A DNA stretch of 64,000 nt from Trueperaceae bacterium (GCA_965215565.1 CBDCDZ010000004.1:1888001-1952000), one strand, 5' to 3'; counted from the stretch's first letter, positions 44,052 through 54,706 are shown. The notes: generated from the sequence alone by a model not told the origin. Numbers and translations: made by a program.

Positions 44052-45480
44052 GTGGTCCATCCGCCAAATACGTGCAGGGTGTAGAGCAGGGTTCACTTCA
44101 CGAAGGAGGCCGCGCTATGCGCTCTTACGCTCGTGTTCGCAAGTTGACCGAGGAGGAGTATCAAGAACGCAAGCGCTGAGAACGTTCCAGGACAATGGCG
44201 GCAGGTAAGGTCAAGCGGGCTCGGACGGTGCTGTGCTCGAACCAAGGTTATACCTGCACCGAGATTACGCAGAAGCTCGAGATGGGTGAACGCACAGTAA
44301 GATGGTGGGTGACGCGCTTCAACAAGCTGGGTATCCCAGGACCAGAAGAAGAGCAGCGCCCGGGACGCCCACGAGTTTTTACTGCCGAGCAAGTGGGAGC
44401 AGTGATTGAAACGGCGTTGACGAAACCTGACGAGTTGGGGCTGCCCTTCGGTGCTTGGACCCTAGCTAGGCTCGTTGCCCATCTCAGCAAAGAGAAGGGC
44501 GTCGAGATGAGCCGCAGCCGCATAAGCGAGATTTTTAGGCGTGAAGGACTTAGGACAGGTGATCGCCTAAAGCGAAGTCGCGTGGTCCCGCTCCCGCTAG
44601 CCGCCGTTGGCGGTAACCTTTGGCGGCAGCAGGAGAGCTGGTTTGATAAGCGTGTCGATCCTGAGTTCGCCAAAAAAAGGGTGCCACCCTACGGCTTTAT
44701 ACGGCACCCCCGGCAGAAAGCGTCGTCCTCTGCATAGACGAGATGGGTCCCTTGTCAGTGCGGACCTATCAGGGTAAGGAACTCGTCAAGGTTCACGGTC
44801 CCCCTGCCGGACGCGCGAAAGCTGACCTCATCTACACCGGGCAGCCGTTCGGCGGTTACGTCTACGGCGCATTAGAACCCGCCACAGGTGCAGTGTTCAC
44901 CGAGGTCTATTCGCGTCGCAACGTCGGGTATTACGTCGAGTTCTTAGAAAAAGTCGAGCAGTGGGTCTCACCCGAGATCAAACGCATCTACGCCATCGTC
45001 GACAACTTGGCGGCGCATAGCGCGTATGACATCATGCTCTTCAGCCTTGCCTACCCACGCTGGGAGTTCGTGTTCCAACCTATAGCAGGTATCATCTGGT
45101 CAGAGACACTCCTACTTTGTAAAACGATGTCTAGCACGCACTTTAAGGGATGATACCTGCACTCATCCGTCTCAGTATATTTTGGAACTGCTACTAAGTA
45201 TGCTAGGTTACCGGCAAAGCCGGATTCGCCTAGCGGCGATCACCTATGGCTATCTCAACCTTATCGAGCCTTGGTGGAAGACGCTGCGCTCGCTTGCTCT
45301 CAAAGGACGACACTTCAACTTGTGGGACGAGATGATCGAACCCATCAGGAGAGCGACCGCCTACTGGAACGAGCACAAGCATCCCTACGTCTGGGGCAAG
45401 CGCAGAAGGCAGCGCCGCGCTTGCAAGTATGGCGTCGCTTCCCTGCCTAGTCCGGTCGGTTTTTAGCGGATGGACCAGTA
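44052..45480 (+). mobile_element. IS630-family element, inactivated by a nonsense codon and nested insertions
   Basis: TIRs GTGGTCCATCCGCCAAA / TTTAGCGGATGGACCAG-TA. orfA from ATG 44117 has TGA at 44177. A7G slippery site at ~44672, then DEMGP, VDNLAAH and YLNLIEPWW. Confidence 0.88.
45081..45197 (-). repeat. Hairpin repeat family, copy 4 (inserted in IS630 orfB)
   Basis: TATA-GCAGGTATCATC...GATGATACCTGC (76 bp) plus a flank shared with 46622. Confidence 0.85.
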
Positions 45481-45643
45481 AGGGTGCTGTTCGGGCCGAG
45501 TCACGCATAAGGATTTGACTCAACGGTTCACCGCCACAAACTGAAAGTTCACAACCTTATTCAAATTCAGTACGGTTTGGAGTATAATAGTAGGGTTGTT
45601 CGAAATTTTTTGTTCACAGCTCTACTTTAATTCTACAGCTATT

Positions 45644-45674
45644 TGTGTAGAGAAATAGAAAAGTTCTTTACTAA
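45644..45674 (+). mobile_element. Second Tn7-like end, same orientation as 7781, cut by IS630
   Basis: TGTAGAGAAATAGAAAAGTTCTTTACTAA (45646-45674) versus TGTGGAGAAATAAAAAAGTTCTGGACTAA (7781-7809): 25/29 identical. Confidence 0.6.
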
Positions 45675-46315
45675 GTACTCCGTCAATTAAGTTTTACGCC
45701 ATGTTTGGTAGTGCCTTTTGAGCTTGCCACGTGCACTCTGGATAGGGAACTGCCAATTAAAGGTAATACATTTGGCGTTGCGAGCTTCTACCCAAGCTAA
45801 GACTTCGTGCTCGAGTTGTTTTTGGCAGGGGATGTGTCTATTGAAACGTTGCCTAGCGAGGGCAGAGAACTCGATTTCAATAGCGTTGAAGCCAGCTTGC
45901 ACCCTTGGGGGGAAGTGCATCTCGAAACGCTCACAGAGTGCAAAGGCGTCTTCTGGAAGTAGGTGCGCATAGAAGGAGCCGCCCTGATGGGTGTTCAGAT
46001 TGTCTTGCGCGAGTTCAATCGTTTCAGCTTCAGGCAATTGCTCGCTGAGGCGCTGCATAAAGAGGGTGTATTCCTTGGCGGTTCTGCGCTCATAGACTTT
46101 AGCCCAGCGCCTACCTGCGTGGGGCTCGAACGCCATGAGTAGGGCGCAGGAGCCGTGCTTAGTGTAGCAATAGTCCTCGCGCTTGGGCTTGCCTGCACTC
46201 ATGAAAATAGGCACCACCACATCGCCAATCAAGAAACAGGGGCGTTCGTCAAAACAGATCACGGGACGTTTGGGGTCATAGAGGCGGGCATAGAGTACGA
46301 AGACCTGCTCCACTA
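45675..46315 (-). pseudogene. IS630-family transposase, 3' half with right end
   Basis: YDPKRPVICFDE, QDNLNTH and NAIEIEFSAL. The element ends ...TTGACGGAGTAC. Confidence 0.85.
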
Positions 46316-46432
46316 GAACGGGCGAAGCCCGGTCCGTTGGGCTGCGCGGAAAAGAGCCTTGAGCTGGAGGTAGCCTTCTCCCGGAGGAGGGCGACGCAAA
46401 CGGGCAGCCGCCCTGCCTTTGCATCTTCAAAT

Positions 46433-46599
46433 CAACGCGCGTAGATAACGGCTCACTGTGCGCCGCGTGGTCCCGCGTTTCGCAAAAGCGAAAACTGCGT
46501 AACACTTCGTTCCCACTGGTCCGCTAGCTGCTAAAGGCTTCTCTGCGAATAGAAATAAGCGCTATCAGTGGTGTGGCAATGACTCATGGAATTGCTATT
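46433..46599 (-). repeat. 167-bp repeat, inverted copy of 56521-56687
   Basis: The reverse complement matches 56521-56687 with one mismatch. Confidence 0.95.
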
Positions 46600-46621
46600 G
46601 GATTATTTCGGCGCACCTACC

Positions 46622-46737
46622 TATAGCAGGTATCATCTGGTTTGAGACGCTCTCACTGTAAAAAACACCGTTTATCACGCACATTCGGAGATGATATCTG
46701 CGGCACTCCGTCTCAGTATGTTTTGGAAGTGCTACTA
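46622..46737 (-). repeat. Hairpin repeat family, copy 5
   Basis: TATA-GCAGGTATCATC...GATGATATCTGC (76 bp) plus flank. Confidence 0.85.
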
Positions 46738-46855
46738 ATACCGAAGTGAGTCTGTGAAGGTTGCCCGTAGCAAGAGAGTGTGAAGTAATACACATTGGCT
46801 CAGGCGACTCTGCTACAGTCAGAGACGTAGAAAGCAAGGAAATATACGTTCGGGG

Positions 46856-47095
46856 GTGCGTGAATATCATTCTATAGCTCGTTCTAAGAGCCTCAGCGGG
46901 CTGGACCGCCAGCCTCACTACCAAGACAGACCAGGGTTTGTTGCTCGACATCGTCGGCGCGTTTATAAGCGGCTTCTATGCAACCTTTTTGGCGCGGCGG
47001 GGGTGACGAACTCCAACATCTCTAGCATCTCGGGCGCTACCATCGGCTCAGTCGCGCTGCTCTTTGTCGTCAAAATAGTTGTGAGCCGAATTTAG
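46856..47095 (+). pseudogene. GlsB/YeaQ/YmgE stress-response membrane protein remnant
   Basis: DIVGAFISGF and LFGAAGVT...ATIGSVALL occur in different frames. Confidence 0.55.
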
Positions 47096-47170
47096 CCGCT
47101 AGATTGCAGATGGATACAGACTGGATTAAAACCGTTCACGATAAGCAGTACCGCTCATAAAGGGGGCAAC

Positions 47171-47389
47171 ATGGCAAGCGATCCACAAGACCGAAAAGTC
47201 GGCGTCTATGGGGGCGACGACACAACTACCGAGACCGCCGAACCGGCCCGAACGGACACGACTACAACTGAAACCCGCACAACTGAAACTTATTCAGCGG
47301 ATGAGAAGAAGAGCGGGGGCATCCCGAGCTGGGTGATTGCACTGATCGTCCTGGTCGTCGTGATTCTCGCCATCATCCTCCTCTTTTAA
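47171..47389 (+). CDS. Small Thr-rich protein with C-terminal membrane anchor
   Basis: AAGGGGG RBS and a hydrophobic tail WVIALIVLVVVILAIILLF. Confidence 0.75.
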   Translation: MASDPQDRKVGVYGGDDTTTETAEPARTDTTTTETRTTETYSADEKKSGGIPSWVIALIVLVVVILAIILLF

Positions 47390-47396
47390 CGTAGGG

Positions 47397-48023
47397 GTGA
47401 ATGAGGTGGAGTTCGTAACGCTCACTGACCTAGAAGGCCGCCGTACCAGAGCGGAATTGCTCTCTCAAGACGGGGGTCAGCGGCATATTCGCTTAGAGGG
47501 CGGCCAAGCTGTCTCCCTGCCTGAAGACGCGCTGGTCAAGCAAAACAGCGGTGATTACTACCTGCTCCTCAAGCTGAGCGAGTTAGAGGCGAGTGCGGGC
47601 GAACCTGGGAGGGCGGACGTGTCACCCGAACGTGAAGAGGTTGTCATTCCCGTCGCTGAAGAGCGTATCAAAGTCGAGAAGCGCCGGGTTGAAGGCGCGA
47701 CGGTGCGCGTGACTAAAGAGGTCTTCGAGGAGGACGAGGTCGTCGACGAACCTCTCCGGGGCGAAGAGGTCTCCGTGGAGCGTGTCAAACTGGGCCGAAT
47801 AGTCGAGGAAGCCGAATCCATCCGCACGGAAGGCGACACGACCATCATCCCGCTGTACGAAGAGGTCTTGGTGGTTAAGAAGCGCCTCGTCTTAGCCGAA
47901 GAGCTGCGCGTGACCAAGCGGCAGACCGAGCGGCGCGAGCCGCAGACCGTAACGTTGCGCCGCGAAGAGGCTACCATTGAGCGCCTAGAACCAGGAGAGG
48001 GGGTGGTCAAGGGGGACGAATAG
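47397..48023 (+). CDS. YsnF/AvaK (DUF2382) domain protein
   Basis: VIPVAEERIKVEKR and TIIPLYEEVLVVKKRLVLAEELRV. Confidence 0.85.
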   Translation: MNEVEFVTLTDLEGRRTRAELLSQDGGQRHIRLEGGQAVSLPEDALVKQNSGDYYLLLKLSELEASAGEPGRADVSPEREEVVIPVAEERIKVEKRRVEGATVRVTKEVFEEDEVVDEPLRGEEVSVERVKLGRIVEEAESIRTEGDTTIIPLYEEVLVVKKRLVLAEELRVTKRQTERREPQTVTLRREEATIERLEPGEGVVKGDE

Positions 48024-48099
48024 GTAGCAGAGGTAATGCGCGACGAAACACAACTCATCAGAAACACAACCGCTACTCAGAATATAAAGGAGACACATC

Positions 48100-48861
48100 A
48101 TGGCAAACACCATTATTGGACTTTACAACGACGCCAGCACCGCCGAGCGCGTGATTGACGATCTGACAAACAGTGGCTTTAACCGCAGCAACGTCGAGAT
48201 GCACCGCGAGAGCGACGCTTCAGGCTTGCACAGCGAACTCGTGGACGAAGGCATCCCCCGTGACGACGCGGACTACTACGTCGAAGGTCTGCGTGACGGC
48301 GGCGTGCTGGTCAGCGTCCAAGCGGATGACAGTGACACGGATAAAGCCGTCAACATCATGAACCGCTACGCGGACGAGGGCGGCTACGAGGACAGGCGCG
48401 AGTTCGACGACGACCTAGCCAGCAGAGACGCGGCTGACCGGGGCGACCGAGATGCGGATAGAAGCGCGAGGACGACGGACGACGACACCATCGAAGTCGC
48501 CGAAGAGCGGATGAACGTCGGCAAGCGCCGCGTCAACCGGGGCGGCGTGCGCGTGCGTAGCCGCGTCGTCGAGGAAGAGGTCGAGGAGGACGTGACCCTG
48601 CGCGACGAAGAGGTCAAGGTTGACCGTGAGCGCGTGGACCGCAAGGTGGACGGCGCGGATGGCGACCTCTTCCAAGAGCGCACTATCGAAGCCACCGAAA
48701 CCGACGAAGAGGCTGTAGTAGATAAAGAGGCCCGCATCACCGAGGAGATACACGTCGACAAAGAGGCAACGGAGCGCACCGAGACCGTGCGCGACACCGT
48801 GCGCCGCACCGAAGTGGACGTTGAAGAGACGGACGGCGACACAAGGCGCGACCGAAGCTAA
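48100..48861 (+). CDS. General stress protein with YsnF/AvaK (DUF2382) domain
   Basis: GIPRDDADYY.EGLR.GG.LV N-terminal domain plus EE.M.VGKR.V.RGGVRV repeats. Confidence 0.88.
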   Translation: MANTIIGLYNDASTAERVIDDLTNSGFNRSNVEMHRESDASGLHSELVDEGIPRDDADYYVEGLRDGGVLVSVQADDSDTDKAVNIMNRYADEGGYEDRREFDDDLASRDAADRGDRDADRSARTTDDDTIEVAEERMNVGKRRVNRGGVRVRSRVVEEEVEEDVTLRDEEVKVDRERVDRKVDGADGDLFQERTIEATETDEEAVVDKEARITEEIHVDKEATERTETVRDTVRRTEVDVEETDGDTRRDRS

Positions 48862-48922
48862 ATGACTAAACCAGGGGGCCTTTTCAGGTCCTCCGCTCGC
48901 ACTATTCAATCAGGAGAACCTT

Positions 48923-49903
48923 ATGGCAGAAGCACATCCGAGGCGCGACGACCGCGTCATCGTCCAATCCGACTCAAACGACTATGACCGCGACAACCGC
49001 GACGGCAGACCCGTTAAGCGCATTTCATGGGGCGCGATCGTCGCGGGCGCACTTACTGCGCTCGCGGTGCTCACGCTCCTCAACATGCTCTTCTACGGCA
49101 TCGGCATCTCGACGATTAACACGGCGAGCGAGCAGAATCCCTTTGCAGGCTTGCCCGTAGGGATGCTCATCGCGACCATCATCAGCAACCTGGTTGCGCT
49201 CTTCGTCGGCGGTTACGTCGCGGGCAAGCTCGCGGGCACGCCGCGCACCTTCCCCGGTATCATGCACGGCATCCTCACTTGGGTGCTCCTGACGATCTTC
49301 ACCTTCTACCTGGCAACTACGGCAGTGGGTAGTCTGGTCAGCGGCGTGACGAGCACGCTCGGCTCAGCCTTTAGCGCCGCCAGCTCGGGTATCAGCAGCG
49401 CTGTGAGCGCCGTGCCCGGAAGCGCCGTGCCGAACTCGCCCCAGGGTGCGGCTGGTGCGCTCAACCAGATTCCCGGTCTAAGCAACGTTCAGGGCCAGAT
49501 AGATCAGCTCCTCAACCAAGCGGGCGTACAGAACCCGCAGCAGGCCAGCCAACAGCTAGTCAGCACTGCGGTCAATACCATACAGTCTGGTGAGAGCTTG
49601 ACCTCGGAGGCGACGCAGCAGGAATTCACCAACGTCATCGCTCAGAATTCCGATCTCTCCGAGCAGGAGATTCAACAGCAGGTTCAGCAATTCTCGCAGA
49701 ACGCGCAGCAGCAGATCGACCAGGCGCAGCAGCAGGCTTCTGAAACCGCGCAAGCTGCGGCTAACGCGGTAGGCACAGCCGCCATCATCGCCTTTTTCGT
49801 GCTGCTTGTCGGCGCAGGCGTCGCCGCTGCCGGGAGCAGCGTTGGCAGTCCGAAAGATGCGCGCGAAGCGCAAGGTGAAGGCGCGCGGACCCGCAGGGCG
49901 TAA
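48923..49903 (+). CDS. Conserved membrane protein (RISWGA family) with Q-rich domain
   Basis: RISWGAIVAG, GGYVAG.LAG and G..HG..TW. Confidence 0.75.
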   Translation: MAEAHPRRDDRVIVQSDSNDYDRDNRDGRPVKRISWGAIVAGALTALAVLTLLNMLFYGIGISTINTASEQNPFAGLPVGMLIATIISNLVALFVGGYVAGKLAGTPRTFPGIMHGILTWVLLTIFTFYLATTAVGSLVSGVTSTLGSAFSAASSGISSAVSAVPGSAVPNSPQGAAGALNQIPGLSNVQGQIDQLLNQAGVQNPQQASQQLVSTAVNTIQSGESLTSEATQQEFTNVIAQNSDLSEQEIQQQVQQFSQNAQQQIDQAQQQASETAQAAANAVGTAAIIAFFVLLVGAGVAAAGSSVGSPKDAREAQGEGARTRRA

Positions 49904-50075
49904 GCCGTCAATCTCATGTGTTGCGGCGTGCTCAGTAGGGGTCACCGCAACACCTCGCAACATCTTCGTACTAAGCCAAACTCAGGTCTCAAGTTCAGGT
50001 TAGACAACTTGACGCAGACACGCTCATTCTGACAAGAACCTCATTCACGCACACCTTAGTCCAAGGGGGGACACT

Positions 50076-51392
50076 ATGTCACAGAACACACCACAATCCG
50101 CTGCACAGAAGCGAATTTTAACCTGGCTGAGCGACGCCTACGCGATGGAGACCGAGGGCGCGAAGACGCTCGAGCGCCACGCGAACGCCGCCGAGAACTA
50201 TCCCCAAATCCAGTCGAAATTGCAGCGCCACGCCGAGGAGACACGCCGGCACGCCGAGAAGGTCAAAGGTTGCGCTCAGCGGCTCGGCGGGCAACCGTCC
50301 GCCGCCAGGGAAGCGTTAGGTACGGTAATGGGCACGGCTAGAGGCGTCGCCACCCGCGCCGCTAAGGACACCGTTGTCAAGAACGCGCTGGCTGACTACG
50401 CCTCTGAGCACTTCGAGATCGCCTGCTACAAGTCGCTCATCGCCGCCGCCGAAAGGGAGGGCGACCAGGAAACCGCCAGGGTCTGCCGCGAGATTTTAGA
50501 AGAAGAAGAGGCGATGGTTGGGTTTTTAGATGAGCAAATAGGCGACGTAACCGAGCGATTCCTGAGCAAGCAGGCGAGCGAAGAGCAGAGCAGCAACGGC
50601 TCGAGTTCGCAAGACATGCAGGAGACAGGGCAGAAACTCCTCAAAGGGGCGCAGCAGAACGCCCTACCCATCGTGGGCGGACTCGTCGTCGCGGGCGCAG
50701 GCGCGGGACTCTTGCTCACGCGCGTGCTCGGAGGCAAGCAGCAGTCCAGTGAAGACCAGGACGCGAACCGAGATGTGTACGGAAGCTCAGGCTATGGAGA
50801 CGAGAGCAGTCCGTACGACGCCGTCCGGGGCGGAGCCTACTCGGGCGAAGCAGCCGGCTACGCCCAGCCCCTCGAGCAACCTTACGACCAGCCCATGGTG
50901 ACGCCTACTCAGCTCGAGTCGGATGTTGATAGTGGGTTGCAGGGTGACCTGCAAAGCGATGGGCTGCAAAGCGGTGGCTTGCAGAGTGTCGGGCTACAAA
51001 GTAGCGACTTACAAAGTGGCAGCCTGCAAGACGACCTTCAAAGCAGCGCGCAGCGTGACGGCTTTCAAAACGACGTTGTAGGCGTGCAGAGCACTATGGA
51101 TCAAAGCTCCGTTCAAAGCGGTGATGCGGGTGCCGCAGTTGTAGAGGTTGCCGAAACCGAAGAATCTCCAACCGGCGACCCGGTAGCGGACGAGGTCATG
51201 ATGCGCCTCAAGGAGCATAAACAGATAGACAATAGCGATATCGAGGTTACCGTGGAGAAGAACGGGCGTGTGACCTTGAAGGGCACCGTTGACAGCAAAG
51301 ACATCAAGCAGCGGGCGGAAAAGGCTGTTGCAGGCGTTTTGAGCGTCAGCCAGGTCCGCAACCAACTCAAGGTGAAGTCGCAAAAAGCGTAG
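50076..51392 (+). CDS. DUF892 (YciE/YciF) ferritin-like protein fused to TM, LQS repeats and BON domain
   Basis: WLSDAYAME, H.EET..H and EHFEIACY..L. C-terminal I.V.V..G.VTL.G.V...A...GV..V.N.L. Confidence 0.85.
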   Translation: MSQNTPQSAAQKRILTWLSDAYAMETEGAKTLERHANAAENYPQIQSKLQRHAEETRRHAEKVKGCAQRLGGQPSAAREALGTVMGTARGVATRAAKDTVVKNALADYASEHFEIACYKSLIAAAEREGDQETARVCREILEEEEAMVGFLDEQIGDVTERFLSKQASEEQSSNGSSSQDMQETGQKLLKGAQQNALPIVGGLVVAGAGAGLLLTRVLGGKQQSSEDQDANRDVYGSSGYGDESSPYDAVRGGAYSGEAAGYAQPLEQPYDQPMVTPTQLESDVDSGLQGDLQSDGLQSGGLQSVGLQSSDLQSGSLQDDLQSSAQRDGFQNDVVGVQSTMDQSSVQSGDAGAAVVEVAETEESPTGDPVADEVMMRLKEHKQIDNSDIEVTVEKNGRVTLKGTVDSKDIKQRAEKAVAGVLSVSQVRNQLKVKSQKA

Positions 51393-51415
51393 CGCTCGCA
51401 CTTTAGGAGACCGAC

Positions 51416-51889
51416 ATGGATAAACTCAGCAGCCTCTTCGGGGGTGATCAAAATCGCCATGACGAGCTGCGCGACTTCGAGCGCCGCCACCGCGAAAACC
51501 CGGACGATATCTCCGAAGAGGAGGCGGCGCGGCGCTACCGCGAGATGATGGCCCACACCCATGACGAGGACGAAGACGAGGAGATGCACCGCGAGTACGA
51601 GCGGGCCTTTTCACAGATGTCACCCGAGGAGCGGCGCACCTTGGCGCAGCGCTTTCAAGAAGCGCATCATGACAGCAACCGTCCCTACAGCCACGGCGAA
51701 GCGCAAGACCTAGACCAATCCAGCTCACCGCGCTCGCTCGGACGTATGACCCGCCAAGCCGCGCACAAAGACCCCGACCTGCTCCAGCAGCTCACCGGGC
51801 CGGGCAGCCCCTTGTCAGGTAGGATCGGCAAGATGGCGATGTCCGGGCTCGCCGCCTACGCCGCCAAGCGTTTTCTGGGCCGTCGCTGA
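51416..51889 (+). CDS. Hydrophilic hypothetical protein
   Basis: AGGAG RBS, host codon usage, terminator downstream. Confidence 0.75.
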   Translation: MDKLSSLFGGDQNRHDELRDFERRHRENPDDISEEEAARRYREMMAHTHDEDEDEEMHREYERAFSQMSPEERRTLAQRFQEAHHDSNRPYSHGEAQDLDQSSSPRSLGRMTRQAAHKDPDLLQQLTGPGSPLSGRIGKMAMSGLAAYAAKRFLGRR

Positions 51890-51906
51890 GCAGAGTGTAA
51901 AAAGGC

Positions 51907-51943
51907 GCGACGTGATGGGGAACGCCATCACGTCGTTTTGTTT
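51907..51943 (+). terminator. Intrinsic terminator
   Basis: GCGACGTGATGG/CCATCACGTCGT stem followed by TTTGTTT. Confidence 0.75.
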
Positions 51944-51947
51944 GGTC

Positions 51948-52052
51948 ATGCCCATCGCAGATACCAACTTTACAGGGCGCACCGTGTTTCACTGCCATGT
52001 CGTAGAACACGAAGACCTCGGGATGATGAGTATCGTAGAGGTCAACGAATAG
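51948..52052 (+). pseudogene. Multicopper oxidase C-terminal remnant
   Basis: Translates to ...FTGRTVFHCHVVEHEDLGMMSIVEV, the HCHxxxH..xM multicopper oxidase signature. Absent from the ORF track. Confidence 0.8.
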
Positions 52053-52112
52053 GGCTTGGGGACGCTCTATACCCGGGTCAATCGCGCTTGCTGAGCGAGG
52101 CAAAGAGTACAG

Positions 52113-52171
52113 TTGAACCGACTCGAGATTTGCGTTATAATTAATCTACTAACCCACCCCCCCAGGGGTGG
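52113..52171 (+). promoter_or_regulatory. copA promoter with CsoR-like operator
   Basis: TTGAAC-17 nt-TATAAT, then the palindrome CCACCCC-CCCA-GGGGTGG (52154-52171). Confidence 0.65.
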
Positions 52172-52201
52172 AAAGGGAAACGTTAGCGAAAGGATATCGG
52201 T

Positions 52202-54706
52202 ATGCGTACCATCCAGATTGGCATCAGCGGGATGACCTGCGCGAGCTGTGTTGCGAGAGTCGAACGCGCTTTGAACAAGGTTGAAGGCGTTGAAGAGGTA
52301 GGCGTCAACTTAGCAACTGAAAAAGCGAGCATCAGCTATAACCCGGAACAGACTGATTTGGAAGCACTACTCGGTTCTATTGAGAAGTCCGGCTACGAAC
52401 CGCGCAGCACGGAGATGAGCTTTGGCGTTACAGGTATGACCTGTGCGAACTGCGTCAGCCGCGTGGAGCGCAAGCTAGGTAAGACTGGGGGTGTTCTGGA
52501 AGCGAGCGTCAACCTAGCTACTGAACGCGCCACCGTGCGCTATCTGCCCGGTGTCGTGAGCGAACGCGACGTGCGTCAAGTTGTAGAAAAGACAGGCTAC
52601 GGTATTTTGCAAGAAGAGAAGGGCAAAGACCGCGTAGACACGGAGCGTGAAGCGAGAGAGGAGGAGCGGCGCACGCTGCGGCGTGACCTCCTCGTTGCGG
52701 CACTTTTCAGCGTTCCCCTCATTGTCGTCACCATGCTTCACATGTTCGTCCCAGCAGTCGACGACTGGCTGATGTCTTCGCTGGGAATGCAGGGCTTTTT
52801 CATCCTCTCATTCGTCTTAGCGAGTGTCGTGCAGTTCGGCCCCGGTCTGCGCTTCTACAAACCCGGCTGGAAGAGCTTGAAAAGTGGCTCACCGGACATG
52901 AACAGCTTGGTGATGATCGGCACCTCGGCGGCGTACGGCTACTCCGTTGTGGCAACCTTTATCCCCCAGGTCTTGCCCGCAGGGACAGTCAATATCTACT
53001 ACGAAGCCTCGGCTGCGATTATCACCCTTATCCTAGTCGGGAAGTATTTAGAAGCCATCGCCAAAGGACGCACCAGCGAAGCCATCAAAAAGCTCATGGG
53101 TCTGCAAGCGAAGACGGCGCGGGTCATTAGGAACGGTGAGGAACTAGAACTCAGCACCGAAGAGGTCGTGCCAGGCGATGTTGTGTTGGTGCGCCCTGGC
53201 GAAAAAGTACCCGTTGACGGCGCAGTCGTTGAAGGTTCTTCTTACGTGGACGAGTCCATGATCACGGGTGAAAGCGTGCCCGTACAGAAAGCAAGCGGCG
53301 CTGAGGTCGTCGGCGGCACCATCAACAAAACGGGCGCGTTTCGCTTTGAAGCCACTAAGGTTGGGGCGGACATGGTACTTTCTCAGATCATCAAGATGGT
53401 CGAGGACGCGCAAGGCTCTAAGCCGCGCATTCAAGCCTTAGCCGATAAGGTTGTAAGCGTCTTTGTTCCCGTCGTGCTGGGTCTCGCTACGCTCACCTTT
53501 CTCGTTTGGATAGTTTTCGGACCTCAACCCGCCTTGACCTTTGCTTTAGTCAACACCGTCGCCGTACTTATCATCGCTTGCCCCTGCGCGATGGGTTTAG
53601 CTACACCGACTTCGATTATGGTCGGTACGGGTAAAGCCGCCGAGATGGGCGTGCTTTTTCGCAAGGGTGACGCTTTACAGAGCTTACAAGAGGCTAAAGT
53701 CATCGCTTTAGATAAGACGGGAACGCTCACCAAAGGTCAACCGGAGCTAACCGACTTCGCCCTACAAGCGGGCTTTGAGCGAGGTGAAGTTCTAGCGCTC
53801 GTCGCCGCCACCGAAGCGACTTCGGAGCATCCGATTGCGGAAGCGATTGTGCAAGCTGCGAAGGATGAGGGGCTCGAGCCTGCCACTGCAACAGACTTTA
53901 ATGCCACTCCCGGTTACGGCGTTGAGGCTGAGGTTGCAGGGCGCAAAGTACAAGTCGGCGCAGACCGCTTCATGACGCAGTTAGGTTTAGATGTCACCCT
54001 CTTTGCCGATGAAGCAGGTCGCTTAGCCGATGAGGGTAAAACACCCCTTTACGCTGCGGTTGACGGCAAGCTCGCCGCTGTGATTGCAGTAGCCGACCCC
54101 ATCAAAGAGGCGACACCCGTTGCTATCAAGACCCTGCATGACCTAGGACTCAGAGTTGCCATGGTTACAGGTGACAACGCCCGCACCGCTCACGCCATCG
54201 CTAAGCAACTCGGTATTGATGAAGTTCTAGCTGAAGTCTTGCCAGATGGGAAGGTGGACGCAATCAAAAAACTTCAGGATGAAGGGGGTAAAGTCGCCTT
54301 CGTTGGCGACGGCATCAACGACGCACCTGCGCTCGCCCAAGCAGATGTCGGTCTAGCGATTGGTACGGGCACCGACATCGCCATCGAATCTGCCGATGTG
54401 GTGCTGATGTCAGGTGACTTGCGCGGCATTCCGAACGCTCTAGCACTTTCTCGCTCGACCTTGAACAACATCAAGCAGAACCTCTTCTGGGCCTTTATCT
54501 ACAACACTATCTTGATACCTGTTGCGGCGGGCGCACTCTACCCAGCCTTCGGTATTCTCCTTTCGCCCATCCTAGCGGCGGTGGCGATGGGGCTATCCTC
54601 TGTCTTTGTCCTCACGAACGCGCTAAGACTTAGGCGCTTTACCCCGCCGATGGAGTCGCAAGTGGAGAGCGACGTAGCCTCTTCGGGTCAGCTCGCTACG
54701 GCGTAA
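52202..54706 (+). CDS. copA: Cu(I)-exporting P1B-type ATPase
   Basis: Two GMTCxxC HMA domains, [16 protein letters not shown] and YN...MGLSS. Confidence 0.95.
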   Translation: MRTIQIGISGMTCASCVARVERALNKVEGVEEVGVNLATEKASISYNPEQTDLEALLGSIEKSGYEPRSTEMSFGVTGMTCANCVSRVERKLGKTGGVLEASVNLATERATVRYLPGVVSERDVRQVVEKTGYGILQEEKGKDRVDTEREAREEERRTLRRDLLVAALFSVPLIVVTMLHMFVPAVDDWLMSSLGMQGFFILSFVLASVVQFGPGLRFYKPGWKSLKSGSPDMNSLVMIGTSAAYGYSVVATFIPQVLPAGTVNIYYEASAAIITLILVGKYLEAIAKGRTSEAIKKLMGLQAKTARVIRNGEELELSTEEVVPGDVVLVRPGEKVPVDGAVVEGSSYVDESMITGESVPVQKASGAEVVGGTINKTGAFRFEATKVGADMVLSQIIKMVEDAQGSKPRIQALADKVVSVFVPVVLGLATLTFLVWIVFGPQPALTFALVNTVAVLIIACPCAMGLATPTSIMVGTGKAAEMGVLFRKGDALQSLQEAKVIALDKTGTLTKGQPELTDFALQAGFERGEVLALVAATEATSEHPIAEAIVQAAKDEGLEPATATDFNATPGYGVEAEVAGRKVQVGADRFMTQLGLDVTLFADEAGRLADEGKTPLYAAVDGKLAAVIAVADPIKEATPVAIKTLHDLGLRVAMVTGDNARTAHAIAKQLGIDEVLAEVLPDGKVDAIKKLQDEGGKVAFVGDGINDAPALAQADVGLAIGTGTDIAIESADVVLMSGDLRGIPNALALSRSTLNNIKQNLFWAFIYNTILIPVAAGALYPAFGILLSPILAAVAMGLSSVFVLTNALRLRRFTPPMESQVESDVASSGQLATA

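Noticed and set aside
19532..44179. In-frame TGA at apparent Trp positions (19532, 19580, 44177) suggesting stop-codon recoding
   Set aside because: Intact genes use TGG for Trp and TGA as stop (pheS, pheT). TAA and TAG nonsense codons also occur in the decayed genes, which fits ordinary transition mutations.
46316..46505. N-terminal extension of the 272-aa IS630 ORF and the matching ORF 56615-56863
   Set aside because: Both are read-through of the non-coding 167-bp repeat.
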